The translations under genes were made by a program, and so were the position numbers. This document shows, piece after piece, positions 1 to 9,360 of a DNA stretch of 64,000 nucleotides. Origin of the DNA: a virus (Duplodnaviria; Heunggongvirae; Uroviricota; Caudoviricetes); the IMG/VR virus record IMGVR_UViG_3300035655_000051, positions 34,232 to 98,231 of that record. One strand, written 5' to 3'. How positions within the stretch are numbered: position 1 is the stretch's first letter; each line of letters opens with the position of its first letter. The notes below the pieces were generated by a model. It ran no database searches. It was not told where the DNA came from and saw only the letters and a program-made list of their open reading frames with translations.

Positions 1-178
1 CAGTTTGACCAAGCTTGCTACATCGGCCCCTGATCAGGAGTGTGACTGCCTCGCTAATCCTGTTGCAAATTTCATTGATAATATCATTTGGGTCTGTGGA
101 TTTATCTCAGACGGAAAACGCATTATCAATCGGAGGGAATTATGAACTCAAATTCAATTATCAAATCAACTTGCACAT

Positions 179-253
179 TGGTGGTCCCGGCCTGAATTGA
201 ACAGGCGCACACGGAGCTTCAATCCGCTGCTCTACCGACTGAGCTACAGAACC
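179..253 (-). tRNA. tRNA-Phe (anticodon GAA)
   Basis: Reverse complement folds as a cloverleaf: acceptor GGTTCTG/CGGGACC with GU wobbles, D-arm GCTCAGTCGGTAGAGC, anticodon loop TTGAAGC, encoded CCA. Confidence 0.75.
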
Positions 254-259
254 ACGAAG

Positions 260-333
260 AGGTCCTAACCTGACTCGAACAGGTGACATAGAGATTAACA
301 GTCTCTCGTTCTAACCAACTGAACTATAGGACC
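260..333 (-). tRNA. tRNA-Asn (anticodon GTT)
   Basis: Acceptor GGTCCTA/TAGGACC is perfect; D-arm GTTCAGTTGGTTAGAAC; anticodon stem AGAGA/TCTCT with loop CTGTTAA; T-loop TTCGAGT. Confidence 0.8.
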
Positions 334-430
334 ATGATACCTTGCCTTTTTATGCCACTACTATGATTCTCGCGGGGTGCGCCTCCCTGCTACATAGGAC
401 AAGGAATAGCAGACATAATTTTGAAACGAG

Positions 431-505
431 TGGGGTTCGAACCCTGCATCTCTGGCGAATCGTAGCCGCCAGCACTTTTCCCTTTTAAGCTATCGCTCCA
501 TATAA
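431..505 (-). tRNA. tRNA-like element, atypical; possible Arg-ACG-type anticodon arm
   Basis: Perfect 6-bp stem CTGGCG/CGCCAG with loop containing ACG, plus a palindromic GGGTTCGAACCC T-arm-like motif. Acceptor and D-arm do not fold canonically by eye. Confidence 0.3.
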
Positions 506-640
506 ACGGCAGGTATTGTTACGCCCCTGCCAAGGCGCTCACCATCTACCAGCCATGTGGTAAACGACGGGACTTATGTAATCGATCCACAAACCATTGC
601 CCATGGATTTTATAAACCTTTGACCTGTATGCTTTGTTCT

Positions 641-715
641 TTGACCTTTAGTTAAGAATTTAAGCTTTAAGCTTTCAACCTTTAACCTTTAATCATAAAC
701 TTTAAGCTTTCCGAC
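641..715. repeat. Short tandem CTTTAAGC-like repeats (7-8 imperfect copies) between tRNAs
   Basis: Seen directly: ctttagttaagaatttaagctttaagctttcaacctttaacctttaatcataaactttaagctttcc. Confidence 0.5.
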
Positions 716-747
716 CATAGTTGAGCTAATATAGTGCTCAAATCTTC

Positions 748-818
748 TTCTGAATGTCGGATTCGAACCGACGTAACAACCTTGGCAAAGTCGTGTCTTA
801 CCTCTTGACCAATTCAGA
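748..818 (-). tRNA. tRNA-Gly (anticodon GCC)
   Basis: Perfect acceptor TCTGAAT/ATTCAGA, perfect T-arm GTCGG-TTCGAAT-CCGAC, anticodon loop TTGCCAA. Anticodon stem has wobble pairs. Confidence 0.6.
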
Positions 819-996
819 AACCCAAGTATCATCATATCATTACTTGAATTATGTCGGCTTATCAGGCCAGCTTTTTGAAGCGACTATTTGCTTTTTATTG
901 TTTGATTTCGCTCAAGCGATGCTGCCGCGAGCAAAGAGCGAACGATTACAGTTTGTCGTTTTCGATAGACAGTGAATATGCTTCGTTGATTAGGAA

Positions 997-1638
997 TCAG
1001 TATTCAATGGTGATCTCGGTGGTCGCATTGGATGCAGACAGAACCGCATCAACCTCGGCCTTGAACTTGCTGATTTTAGAAGTGATTTCGTCTCGAATCT
1101 TCTTGATGTCGATACCATCAATCAGGATCATAGTCTCGCGCTCAATATAACCGTCACGTGCGTCTCGAATAGCCTCAGGGTCCATGTTACTCTTTTCAGA
1201 AGCAGATGCAAGGCTCTTAGTGTAATCATCCGCACGATCACTCAGACGAGCATTTGCTGTTTCAATGTTGGCAATAGAATTCGAATACTGATAATCCAGC
1301 ATATTGAGCAGACGCTGCTTAAAATCGATGCCATGCTGATTCATATAAATTGCCTCAGCAACGGTATAGACAACACCGTTAATGGTCACAGTCGTCTTAG
1401 CATTGGACTCAGAAATTGCCCGCTTAATTGCATCATGACGGGCAATCAGGTCGTTGATGGAATCCAGAGAACTCTGTGCATCCTTCTTGTAATCCTCGAT
1501 AGGCACACCGTTCAGTTTCTTCATGCTCTGCTTAGCTGCTGCACAGAACTTAGCTTCGGAAATCGTCTTAAGGATTCGATTTTCCAGAACCTTCAGCTCG
1601 GCCAGACCACGATGGATTGTCATAGTTTCAGTAGTCAT
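997..1638 (-). CDS. hypothetical protein (about 213 aa)
   Basis: The ORF-track entry 997..1728 overlaps a tRNA. An internal ATG at 1638 follows an AGGAGA RBS and gives MTTETMTIHRG.... Confidence 0.5.
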   Translation of the reverse strand: MTTETMTIHRGLAELKVLENRILKTISEAKFCAAAKQSMKKLNGVPIEDYKKDAQSSLDSINDLIARHDAIKRAISESNAKTTVTINGVVYTVAEAIYMNQHGIDFKQRLLNMLDYQYSNSIANIETANARLSDRADDYTKSLASASEKSNMDPEAIRDARDGYIERETMILIDGIDIKKIRDEITSKISKFKAEVDAVLSASNATTEITIEY

Positions 1639-1689
1639 AATTATTCTCCTTTGTAATACATAATCTTTGATGCGGTCGCCCGCTGTTAA

Positions 1690-1764
1690 TGGAGCTGGTG
1701 GAGAATTTCGGAATCTCGACCCCGGCATTACAAGTACCGTGCTCTGCCTCTGAGCTACACCAGC
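1690..1764 (-). tRNA. tRNA-Thr (anticodon TGT), T-loop slightly atypical
   Basis: Perfect acceptor GCTGGTG/CACCAGC + T + CCA; D-arm GCTCAGAGGCAGAGC; anticodon stem CGGTA/TGCCG with loop CTTGTAA. Confidence 0.6.
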
Positions 1765-1767
1765 TTA

Positions 1768-2373
1768 TCAAGTGAGCATTTCTGCCCACGTATTTAAAAT
1801 GGATTCAATCGGATCTCTCTTCGCAAATCCATCTAGTTTTGATTCAGCGATCGTTTGATTCAGATATTCATGATAGATGTCTCTGTATTGCCACACACGA
1901 CCATGAGTATCATTTGTGTACTTACCACGTTTTATATACTTTTTATATGTACCCTCTCCCACCTGATATCGTAGGAGAGCTGCGGAGTCATTTCCTGTTG
2001 CATTTTTATGATAGGCAAGCAGGTGAACTCCACATCTAATTCCGACTCGATCATCCAACAGCTGATTCATTGATGTAATGCCGAGCGTTCTGTTCAAATA
2101 TTTGAAATTAACCTCATTGACTTGCATCAGCCCATAATCGATTGTGCCGTTTGAATTCATATGAGTCAGTCCGCTTTTAAATCGGCTTTCGTTATATATC
2201 ACGCCAAGAGCCAAACTATAATCGACGCCATATTCATCGCAGACTTGTGAAGTGTATTCTTTTAAATCCGGCTTCCAACTGTCGTATGTCCCAATTGGAT
2301 CATCAGCTGCAGCCGAAATAGTCACGCACGCAACCATAATCGTTGAGATACACGTCGCAATTATCCTCTTCAT
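1768..2373 (-). CDS. secreted lytic transglycosylase (SLT/lysozyme-like), probable endolysin or virion-associated muralytic enzyme
   Basis: N-terminal signal peptide (MKRIIATCISTIMVACVTISAAA). SLT motif E-S...GLMQVN (YNESRFKSG...DYGLMQVN). Preceded by RBS and the conserved promoter-like motif. Confidence 0.75.
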   Translation of the reverse strand: MKRIIATCISTIMVACVTISAAADDPIGTYDSWKPDLKEYTSQVCDEYGVDYSLALGVIYNESRFKSGLTHMNSNGTIDYGLMQVNEVNFKYLNRTLGITSMNQLLDDRVGIRCGVHLLAYHKNATGNDSAALLRYQVGEGTYKKYIKRGKYTNDTHGRVWQYRDIYHEYLNQTIAESKLDGFAKRDPIESILNTWAEMLT

Positions 2374-2392
2374 CTTATCACCTCCTTGCTGT

Positions 2393-2416
2393 AGATATAT
2401 TTAAGTCATGTTTGTG
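2393..2416 (-). promoter_or_regulatory. conserved promoter-like motif, copy 1 (minus-strand reading CACAAACATGACTTAAATATA)
   Basis: 22-nt motif found five times in the window. Here it lies about 20 nt upstream of the RBS/ATG of the 1768..2373 gene. Confidence 0.4.
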
Positions 2417-2453
2417 CATCGAAAGATAAAGAGCCTTTCGGCTCAATATCTTT

Positions 2454-3524
2454 TTAAATTTTTCGTGCTTTGGACGCCATCAAACAATACTCTCTATATA
2501 CCGTTTGCGGAACTGTATAATTACCATACTTTCCATCTATTATGTTTTCTTTTACAAATTCTAATCCGTACTTTTTTTCGTCCACTCTCATTTCGTGGAA
2601 CAGTTTTAATTTTGAAATGGTTGCGCCCTTTATAATAACATTTTTATACGGAGAATCTTCTGGAAGTTCTTTATTCGCTTTTCGTTCCACTTCCATAACC
2701 TTTTTTACGAACGAATACGGCACTTGCTGATCAGCTTCTTGTTCTTTTTTTCTTCCTCTTGAAGTATTTCTTAACAAGTATGGAGAATCAGCATAATACT
2801 CTATTCGATCATAATTTTTATTATTTCTTTCAAACGTTGTGCTATAACTATCAATGACTTTTGCACGATAAATAATATTAAATGCTGTTTCGTCATCGAT
2901 ATAAACATTTTGCACTGTATGTCCAGCGGCATCTACTTCTGTCTTTAATATTTTCGTTACAGCTGTAGATTCAAACTGATAGTAAAGCAAAATCATTAAC
3001 GCTGCCGGCATCGTATATTTTTCATGACCAAGCACAGTCGAAACATATTCTATAAAGGACTCCTTATCTTCAAAAATAAAGTCAGAGTCTAGAGAGTTTG
3101 TTTCGTTTTCGCTTGCAACCTCCATCTGTTTAATCAACATCGAAGACCAGACGTCGGTTTTGTTTGAGCTTCTAGATACTGTACTAGTCATATCATGACC
3201 ATAATACTGTTCGGCGTTGATATAATCGTTTTGATAACACCATTTAAGATAGGCTCTTAAAATAGATGTCATTCTTACTCTTCTTGTATCTGCCAAATTG
3301 TTAAGCCACAAAACACAAAGATCATTCATCTCTGTTGAGCCGCTTTTAAATTCACAGAAATCTTTATTGTATTTTGTTTCAACAATCGCAACCTTATTCA
3401 ACGCAGTTACTGCATCTCTTTGTCTGTACCTAGCGGCGTCTTCGTTTCTTCCACCGTTGATATAAAACTCCATGAAAGCAGCTTTGCGATCGTAGTTGTA
3501 CATCGTGCTGTCCATCATATTCAC
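2454..3524 (-). CDS. hypothetical protein (356 aa)
   Basis: Long protein-like ORF; no motif recognised. Confidence 0.6.
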   Translation of the reverse strand: MNMMDSTMYNYDRKAAFMEFYINGGRNEDAARYRQRDAVTALNKVAIVETKYNKDFCEFKSGSTEMNDLCVLWLNNLADTRRVRMTSILRAYLKWCYQNDYINAEQYYGHDMTSTVSRSSNKTDVWSSMLIKQMEVASENETNSLDSDFIFEDKESFIEYVSTVLGHEKYTMPAALMILLYYQFESTAVTKILKTEVDAAGHTVQNVYIDDETAFNIIYRAKVIDSYSTTFERNNKNYDRIEYYADSPYLLRNTSRGRKKEQEADQQVPYSFVKKVMEVERKANKELPEDSPYKNVIIKGATISKLKLFHEMRVDEKKYGLEFVKENIIDGKYGNYTVPQTVYREYCLMASKARKI

Positions 3525-3593
3525 TCCTTACATAGTGAGGGTGTTTTTATAATATTTTACACTATGTAAGGAGTTTTTTCAATAGACAATAAT

Positions 3594-4010
3594 TTATGCA
3601 ATTGTTAAAACAGGACTATCTGTTGATTCTTTTCTTAGGAAAGGGCACTGAACTTTCATTGCTTCCACAACGCGCTCCCAGTTTCCTTCCGTGAACTCGC
3701 CCACCGGTTCACTAAGCTGGCAATTTCGCAGCGTATCTCTTCCCTCAATGATCAGAGTGGAATCTTTGATTAACCCTCTTACCTCGCCCGCCTTATACTC
3801 AATGTGAACTGGATTGTACTTGCCGATCCGCTTTGTGGTGAACGGAATAACTTCGCACTGTCCAGAAGTCTTATTGTAAGTATTATTTGACACGACGAGA
3901 TACGGATGGACGCCAACGTATTTATGAGTACTTAGTCGGCTTTCATCGTCACTGGCATATCCAAAACGGATTTCGCCAATCTTCGGGATGCTCTTTCCAG
4001 CCACGAACAT
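3594..4010 (-). CDS. hypothetical protein (138 aa)
   Basis: ORF with strong RBS AAGGAGGT before the ATG; a consensus sigma70 promoter lies upstream. Confidence 0.6.
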   Translation of the reverse strand: MFVAGKSIPKIGEIRFGYASDDESRLSTHKYVGVHPYLVVSNNTYNKTSGQCEVIPFTTKRIGKYNPVHIEYKAGEVRGLIKDSTLIIEGRDTLRNCQLSEPVGEFTEGNWERVVEAMKVQCPFLRKESTDSPVLTIA

Positions 4011-4051
4011 ATTTATGACCTCCTTGTCTATGGCTTGTTCTCTATGGTACC

Positions 4052-4080
4052 ATTATATCACCTCAAACCTGACTTGTCAA
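4052..4080 (-). promoter_or_regulatory. sigma70-type promoter (TTGACA-17 nt-TATAAT)
   Basis: Minus strand reads cTTGACAagtcaggtttgaggtgaTATAATggtac: perfect -35 and -10 with 17-nt spacer, about 40 nt upstream of the 3594..4010 ATG. Confidence 0.55.
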
Positions 4081-4099
4081 GCGTTTTTATTCATTTTAT

Positions 4100-4123
4100 T
4101 TTTAAGTTATGTTTGTAAAATGA
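4100..4123 (-). promoter_or_regulatory. conserved promoter-like motif, copy 2 (partial: ACAAACATAACTTAAAAATA)
   Basis: Same motif family as 2393, 28896, 36493 and 50505. Here it sits just upstream of the sigma70-like promoter. Confidence 0.35.
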
Positions 4124-4445
4124 TTTTCATCAGTCCAGCCATCTCATCAGATTTTACAGCCACCTCATATCTAGCGCAATCTGTTTCAATGTTACACTGA
4201 AATTCATTGCCGTAAAGTATCAGCCCGCCCTCCTCGCAAAACATCGCTCCTTTCTGAGCGATCATGCAAGAGATCTCATACCCATTTTTTCTTTTCATGA
4301 TAGCAGCGCGTTTTGGATTTGTCCGAATAAACAATCCACTGTTTCCATCCGAACCGCACCATACATACATTTTTTCAAAAGACCGGATGTAGCTAAAAAA
4401 CTCCTCCGCAGTAAAAGTTTTTATCATCATGACCTCCAAATACAA
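4107..4445 (-). CDS. hypothetical protein (112 aa)
   Basis: ORF on the transcribed strand; no motif recognised. Confidence 0.45.
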   Translation of the reverse strand: MYLEVMMIKTFTAEEFFSYIRSFEKMYVWCGSDGNSGLFIRTNPKRAAIMKRKNGYEISCMIAQKGAMFCEEGGLILYGNEFQCNIETDCARYEVAVKSDEMAGLMKIILQT

Positions 4446-4543
4446 CCGAAATTCACATTGAATTCTGCGGCATTACTATTTTCAGTTGTTATTCTACCAT
4501 ATTATGTCTTAATATTCAACCCCCAATTTAAACTTCTTGGTTG

Positions 4544-4762
4544 TTATTTCAATATTGCAACTCGTAAGCTCTTTCGTACTTCCATAGCTTCCTCGTATCG
4601 ATCAATAGCTTCTTCAAGCGCCTCCTCCAATTCGCACAGGGCATCTTCTTCCGCTTCCCATTTATCATGGGTATCGCCGTCAGAATCAGGTTCTTCTCGT
4701 AATTTGGCATGATTCGCTTCAACGGTTCTAAGTACACCGGTTAATGCGTCATAAGCTTTCAT
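4544..4762 (-). CDS. hypothetical small acidic protein (72 aa)
   Basis: Acidic helical composition; chosen over the overlapping 4549..4737 frame. Confidence 0.4.
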   Translation of the reverse strand: MKAYDALTGVLRTVEANHAKLREEPDSDGDTHDKWEAEEDALCELEEALEEAIDRYEEAMEVRKSLRVAILK

Positions 4763-4776
4763 ATAATTACCACCTA

Positions 4777-5175
4777 TTACCGCAGCTTTCTCATATATGC
4801 TTGGGACGTTCTTTTCTGGCTCTCGTAGAAGGTAACGCCGGTAACATCGTCCACGACCAGATCATCATAAGGGATGCCCTTTTTGTTCAGATGATCAATG
4901 AACCAGCGCTTTTTTAGATAGCACCACGGGGTTCTGCTGAGGTCGCCGTAACTCGATGCAGGCCGCTCACATGCGTTGTAGGTTTTGCCGCAGATGCTCC
5001 ACCATTCTTTACGCACGCGCTCCCGCATTTGCAGAACCTCAGAGGTGCCATGAAGGCCATGCTCCTCGCCATACTGATAATCTGCCTTCTTGATTTTTGC
5101 GTTCTGTCCCGCGCTGACTGCACCAGCTGCACCAAGACCCAACATGCCTAAAAATAACGAAATAGCTCCACTCAT
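4777..5175 (-). CDS. hypothetical protein with N-terminal transmembrane segment
   Basis: Gly/Ala-rich hydrophobic N-terminus (MSGAISLFLGMLGLGAAGAVSAG) followed by a soluble domain. Confidence 0.5.
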   Translation of the reverse strand: MSGAISLFLGMLGLGAAGAVSAGQNAKIKKADYQYGEEHGLHGTSEVLQMRERVRKEWWSICGKTYNACERPASSYGDLSRTPWCYLKKRWFIDHLNKKGIPYDDLVVDDVTGVTFYESQKRTSQAYMRKLR

Positions 5176-5196
5176 GATAGTACTCCTTTATGTTTT

Positions 5197-5826
5197 TTAT
5201 TCAAACAAATCATTTCGAATACGCGGCATATAAGACCGCTTTTCAGATCGATCAAAAACTTTTTGCAGTTTCCCTGTGCCCCAATCTCCTCTGTCAAACT
5301 CCATAACACACTCGACAAGCACTTTTACATCTTTGCATTCTCGTCGTTTAAGCAACGCTTTTTGCAATTCTGTTTCAAGATAGCACTTTCTAACCGCATT
5401 CGCCTTTGCGAATTCAATGGCATGCTGAAGATCAATAATTTCGAGGCTTACATCGTTTAGCTCTTTACAAGCATCAACATATAATGACTGAATCGATCCA
5501 AGAGTCTCGTCTACAATCAACAGTGCCTGCTTCAGATTATGTAATGTCTCCCCTTCTTTGATTGGAATGCCAGCATCATACTGTTCCTGTTCAGCTCTTC
5601 CAACCTCAGCCATCACGGTCGTTTCTATCCGTCCAAGAATCTCTGAGACACTTTTTACTTTGAATCCTTTATCCTGTAATGCCTTTGGTAGACACGTGAT
5701 TGTCGCTTGTGCTTTTTCAGCCGGAAACAGCAATGCGTCACCAAGGCTGTCCGTTGCGACCAATAAGTTCTCGCTGTTTCTTTTAATGTAGCACGCACCG
5801 TTTGTAATAACACAGTTCATGCGCAT
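5197..5826 (-). CDS. hypothetical protein (209 aa)
   Basis: Protein-like ORF. Confidence 0.5.
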   Translation of the reverse strand: MRMNCVITNGACYIKRNSENLLVATDSLGDALLFPAEKAQATITCLPKALQDKGFKVKSVSEILGRIETTVMAEVGRAEQEQYDAGIPIKEGETLHNLKQALLIVDETLGSIQSLYVDACKELNDVSLEIIDLQHAIEFAKANAVRKCYLETELQKALLKRRECKDVKVLVECVMEFDRGDWGTGKLQKVFDRSEKRSYMPRIRNDLFE

Positions 5827-5858
5827 CCTCCTACCTTATTATAATAGGGGCTTGCAGA

Positions 5859-6467
5859 TCAATGCTCCCGCAGTACTACAGACTGCCCCTTTTTCAACAC
5901 CCAACAGTTCTTGCCGGCATATGCGCAATCTTCACAATGACCGCCACATTCGTTTGCGTCTGCCGGTGCATCGCAAACTCCATTTTTGAACGATACATAA
6001 GCAACTGGTAAATTATAGGTGTTATCCATATTATAACCCGGCCATTCTGAAAATAAAATATGTAAATTTTTGGGAATTTTCTTTTTCGCTGCCAAATACT
6101 GGTTAACGATTTTATACTGTTTTGTGAACGCCAGGAAGTGAGTATGCGGCAACTTACGAGCGACGCGGCACATCATCGCAAGATAATCCTGACTGATAAT
6201 GTCTCCACTGACATGCCACCTAAAATAAAAAGACCCGTAAGCTGCAGCAATTGCTTGCTGTTCGAAGCTGTCAGGGTCTGTCAACCAAAGATTCAGGTTG
6301 TTTTCATATGCGTTTTGTACCGTTCGTCGCCAATCGAAATGACTAACATAGCACGTCTTCGCACAAGGCACGTCAGGCGCACAAGTAACCACTCGTGGCA
6401 TAGAGATGGATTTAACATTACCCATCTTGCTGTTTGCGTTCGACACTGACAGCTTCAACATATTCAA
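5859..6467 (-). CDS. hypothetical Cys-rich protein (202 aa)
   Basis: Cys clusters CAPDVPCAKTCY and CGGHCEDCAYAGKNC suggest a metal-binding protein; family not recognised. Confidence 0.5.
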   Translation of the reverse strand: MNMLKLSVSNANSKMGNVKSISMPRVVTCAPDVPCAKTCYVSHFDWRRTVQNAYENNLNLWLTDPDSFEQQAIAAAYGSFYFRWHVSGDIISQDYLAMMCRVARKLPHTHFLAFTKQYKIVNQYLAAKKKIPKNLHILFSEWPGYNMDNTYNLPVAYVSFKNGVCDAPADANECGGHCEDCAYAGKNCWVLKKGQSVVLREH

Positions 6468-6684
6468 TTTTTACACCCTCACTTTAAGAGGGCGCACTCC
6501 TTCCTTATAATTATATCATCCTAATAGTACAATAAATTACACTTTCAAAACCGGCTCATCAGGCATTAAGGGTTCAAATTTCGATTCCACGTCCAGATCA
6601 TAATGATATGGGATGCCAAGACGATCTAATTCTTCCTTAAAAATTTCAGCCAATTCATCTGGCGAATAGTCTTCAATTTTCATT

Positions 6685-7140
6685 TTACACCACCTTTAGC
6701 GCCTGCTCATTGATAGTCATGGCTAACTCATTGACCTGTTTCATATCAACTCGGTCAGGCAGCTCTGTTTCTTTCTTGTCTGCCTGCAATCTTGCCTCAT
6801 AAATAGGAATCGTATGCTTGCGCAACTCTTCGTAGTCGTAGTCCCCGTTTCGAATCTGCATCAAAATATCGTGCTCAGCCCCACGATAAGTGTTGATCTC
6901 ACCTTTTTCTAAGATGTCAAACAACATATGATATAAGCGAATCACATTCATTACGATCTTATTGAAACGTTTTTCTCCACATGGAATATACGGTTTAACA
7001 TTTGGATTCACGCCAGATACTTCAACTTCATACAGGTACGCACGCCATTTAGCATCTGCTTCTTTAATTAACTTCCCTGCAAATCCACCAAATGAATAAA
7101 TCACACGCTTTGATAAAAACAAATTCTTATTATCGAACAA
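6685..7140 (-). pseudogene. possible downstream half of a frameshifted nucleotidyltransferase (or a separate gene with TTG start)
   Basis: The downstream ORF begins with TTG, has no ATG and overlaps the upstream NTase ORF by 40 nt in another frame. Read together they give about 275 aa, typical for this enzyme class. Confidence 0.35.
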
Positions 7141-7487
7141 CAGCTTGCGGTCGGGCTGTAAGTGATAACAAGCTCGTCTGGATTACCAAACTGTTCCAGC
7201 ATGTTTGGATTCCCGCTACACAATAACTTCGCAGCCTTGTTGAAGCTAAATACCGTTGTATCCGTCATCGTATCTACACGATGTTCAAACTCACCCAACC
7301 CGAGTAGATCCTCTTTGGAGTTCAAAGCGACACCGCGAATATCAACATCTGATCCTGCTACATTCGTTCCATAAGCATGGCTGCCGCCAATGGTCAGAAA
7401 CATCAAATGCTTGCCAAGGTGAGGATCAGTACGTAGAAAATCATAGGGTTCGCTATCAATGATACGTTGTAATTCTTCTCGTGTCAT
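7101..7487 (-). CDS. Pol-beta-superfamily nucleotidyltransferase, N-terminal catalytic part
   Basis: GGSHAYGTNVAGSDVDIRGV matches the GS...DxD NTase signature. The ORF ends only a few codons before an out-of-frame continuation. Confidence 0.6.
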   Translation of the reverse strand: MTREELQRIIDSEPYDFLRTDPHLGKHLMFLTIGGSHAYGTNVAGSDVDIRGVALNSKEDLLGLGEFEHRVDTMTDTTVFSFNKAAKLLCSGNPNMLEQFGNPDELVITYSPTASCCSIIRICFYQSV

Positions 7488-7613
7488 TTTACCACCTCTT
7501 TACGCTTTAGATTATTAACATCACAGCAATAAAACAAAATGCCCATGTCGGAACAATTAACCATGCCCAATCAAGGCAAAAATCAATAAATTGAGATAAT
7601 AAAATATAGTTCA

Positions 7614-8453
7614 TCATAACCCTGTTTGAACCGTATCAAATTCGATCGTCTCTCCTGTTTCTTTATTGACGCCATGTCCTACCACATGAACGATATAAGC
7701 CGGCCAGCGTTCTTTGTTTTCATCAATGGCGATACGAACAACACCTTTGAAATTTTTGATCCAAGTTGCACACCAAGGCTTTTCAAGATGATCATTATAT
7801 TTTGGATTAAACTTTAAGACAGAGACCAAATCAGCCACACATACCATACCGGCATCTGCACAGAATCCGCCCAGTTTAACATTCGTTTCGGGCACGAATG
7901 TAGTACAACGCCAATCACCGTAGTAAGTATTGGACTCTATTCCAATGATGCCATGATTGCTGATATCGCAACATTCAAATTTTCTCCGTTCGTCATTTGA
8001 CATATTATGAGACAGATAACATGGATCTGTAATGATAATATCTCCATCAAACTCCATAATACGATCTTCTGCTTCAAGATAACGATCTTTATATTCTAAG
8101 AATTCTTCATATTTTTTTGCCATATCTCGCAGTTTTTCAAATTCCTTCGAGATTTTCTTCAGCGCTTCATCGGAATCCGCACCCATTTCGATATCATGGT
8201 TAACATACCATTTCACAAAAAAGGAATCACTATCCGTTTCTGTGACCAATCTATGTACATCGAAACTGTCTGGTTCCTCGTTAAGCTTTGCAAGCGCCTC
8301 AAACAGTTTTATTTCGACATCAGCAACACGACGATCAATGGCGCTCTTAGCCCATTCAGGAATTCGATTCCATTCATCTACCAATGCCTGTGGATAATCT
8401 TTAAACTGTTCATGATATTCTTTATTTTTCTGTTCCACCCATTCGTGTGTCAT
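7614..8453 (-). CDS. hypothetical protein (279 aa)
   Basis: Protein-like ORF. Confidence 0.55.
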   Translation of the reverse strand: MTHEWVEQKNKEYHEQFKDYPQALVDEWNRIPEWAKSAIDRRVADVEIKLFEALAKLNEEPDSFDVHRLVTETDSDSFFVKWYVNHDIEMGADSDEALKKISKEFEKLRDMAKKYEEFLEYKDRYLEAEDRIMEFDGDIIITDPCYLSHNMSNDERRKFECCDISNHGIIGIESNTYYGDWRCTTFVPETNVKLGGFCADAGMVCVADLVSVLKFNPKYNDHLEKPWCATWIKNFKGVVRIAIDENKERWPAYIVHVVGHGVNKETGETIEFDTVQTGL

Positions 8454-8461
8454 AATTCACC

Positions 8462-9046
8462 TCAAATAATCAACTCATAAATCTGACCAAAGTAGCGGCA
8501 AAACTGTAAACCATCCAACGTCTCAATTGCTGAATCGAGCGCAAAGAAATGCACTTCGGTCGGATCAAATAAAAGCTGCTTGATGTTTTTCACATCAATA
8601 TCGTCATCTTCAAATCCAGCATCCAATCTATCTTGCTTAAATTCTTCATCAGATTCATATGTAAACATTACATCATTGTAGACTTTTTCCGTATCGAAAT
8701 CGATTGTTAGATCACCTTGCGACCAGTGCTCCAATTCTTCCATACCATCGTCCGTGATTGCAATCAAACCATAATTTCTGTCGATATCATCATTAAATGT
8801 TTCATTCGGATATTTTTTCTTGAACGTTTCTCGGTCGCGAATACTCACTCCACCACCGCATTTCTCAAGCTGTCTTGTAATGCGAAGAATAAGTTCGTCC
8901 TTGCTAGTAGAATTAAACCAATCTACATTGTCGATGATATCTTTTGCGTCCTGAAGGGCACTCGTAGTGTATGCAGACCAATGATAATAGATCTTAGCGA
9001 TATCTTCATCAAAAGCATGAATCGTAATAACTAATCTCTGTCCCAT
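8462..9046 (-). CDS. hypothetical protein (194 aa)
   Basis: Protein-like ORF. Confidence 0.55.
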   Translation of the reverse strand: MGQRLVITIHAFDEDIAKIYYHWSAYTTSALQDAKDIIDNVDWFNSTSKDELILRITRQLEKCGGGVSIRDRETFKKKYPNETFNDDIDRNYGLIAITDDGMEELEHWSQGDLTIDFDTEKVYNDVMFTYESDEEFKQDRLDAGFEDDDIDVKNIKQLLFDPTEVHFFALDSAIETLDGLQFCRYFGQIYELII

Positions 9047-9360
9047 TACTTTAATTCTCCTTTTTGATATAATCGTTTTTTATATTCTTCTGTACGTCGA
9101 TGTGCCAGTCGTTGAGATTCTGAGTCAAGAGCGTAAAACATCCAGTGGTCCTTTATGTATTGATCGTTTTTTGCTTTTGTTTCTGGATTCACAATCAACG
9201 CGATTGTTTTATGGCTCACATTGTATTCTCTAGCCAAACTTCTAAGCGAACATCCACCAGTTTGATATTTTCGTAGAATTTCCTTTTTCTTTTCGCTCGT
9301 AAGTTTTACTCGTCGATCTTGGATCTCTGAAAGCCGCACGTTTCTCCATTTATTTGACAT
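9046..9360 (-). CDS. small HTH DNA-binding protein
   Basis: Start moved to the internal ATG at 9360, which overlaps the upstream stop. Helix-turn-helix-like segment GCSLRSLAREYNVSHKTIALIV. Confidence 0.5.
   Translation of the reverse strand: MSNKWRNVRLSEIQDRRVKLTSEKKKEILRKYQTGGCSLRSLAREYNVSHKTIALIVNPETKAKNDQYIKDHWMFYALDSESQRLAHRRTEEYKKRLYQKGELK

Noticed and set aside
340-425. Additional tRNA between tRNA-Asn and the tRNA-like element
   Set aside because: A terminal 7-bp pairing (CCTTGCC/GACAAGG) exists, but there is no D-arm or T-arm consensus; not a tRNA.
15-1150. ORF-track entries 15..200, 754..975 and 851..1150 (plus strand)
   Set aside because: They overlap tRNA genes or the tandem repeat, and they lack RBSs.
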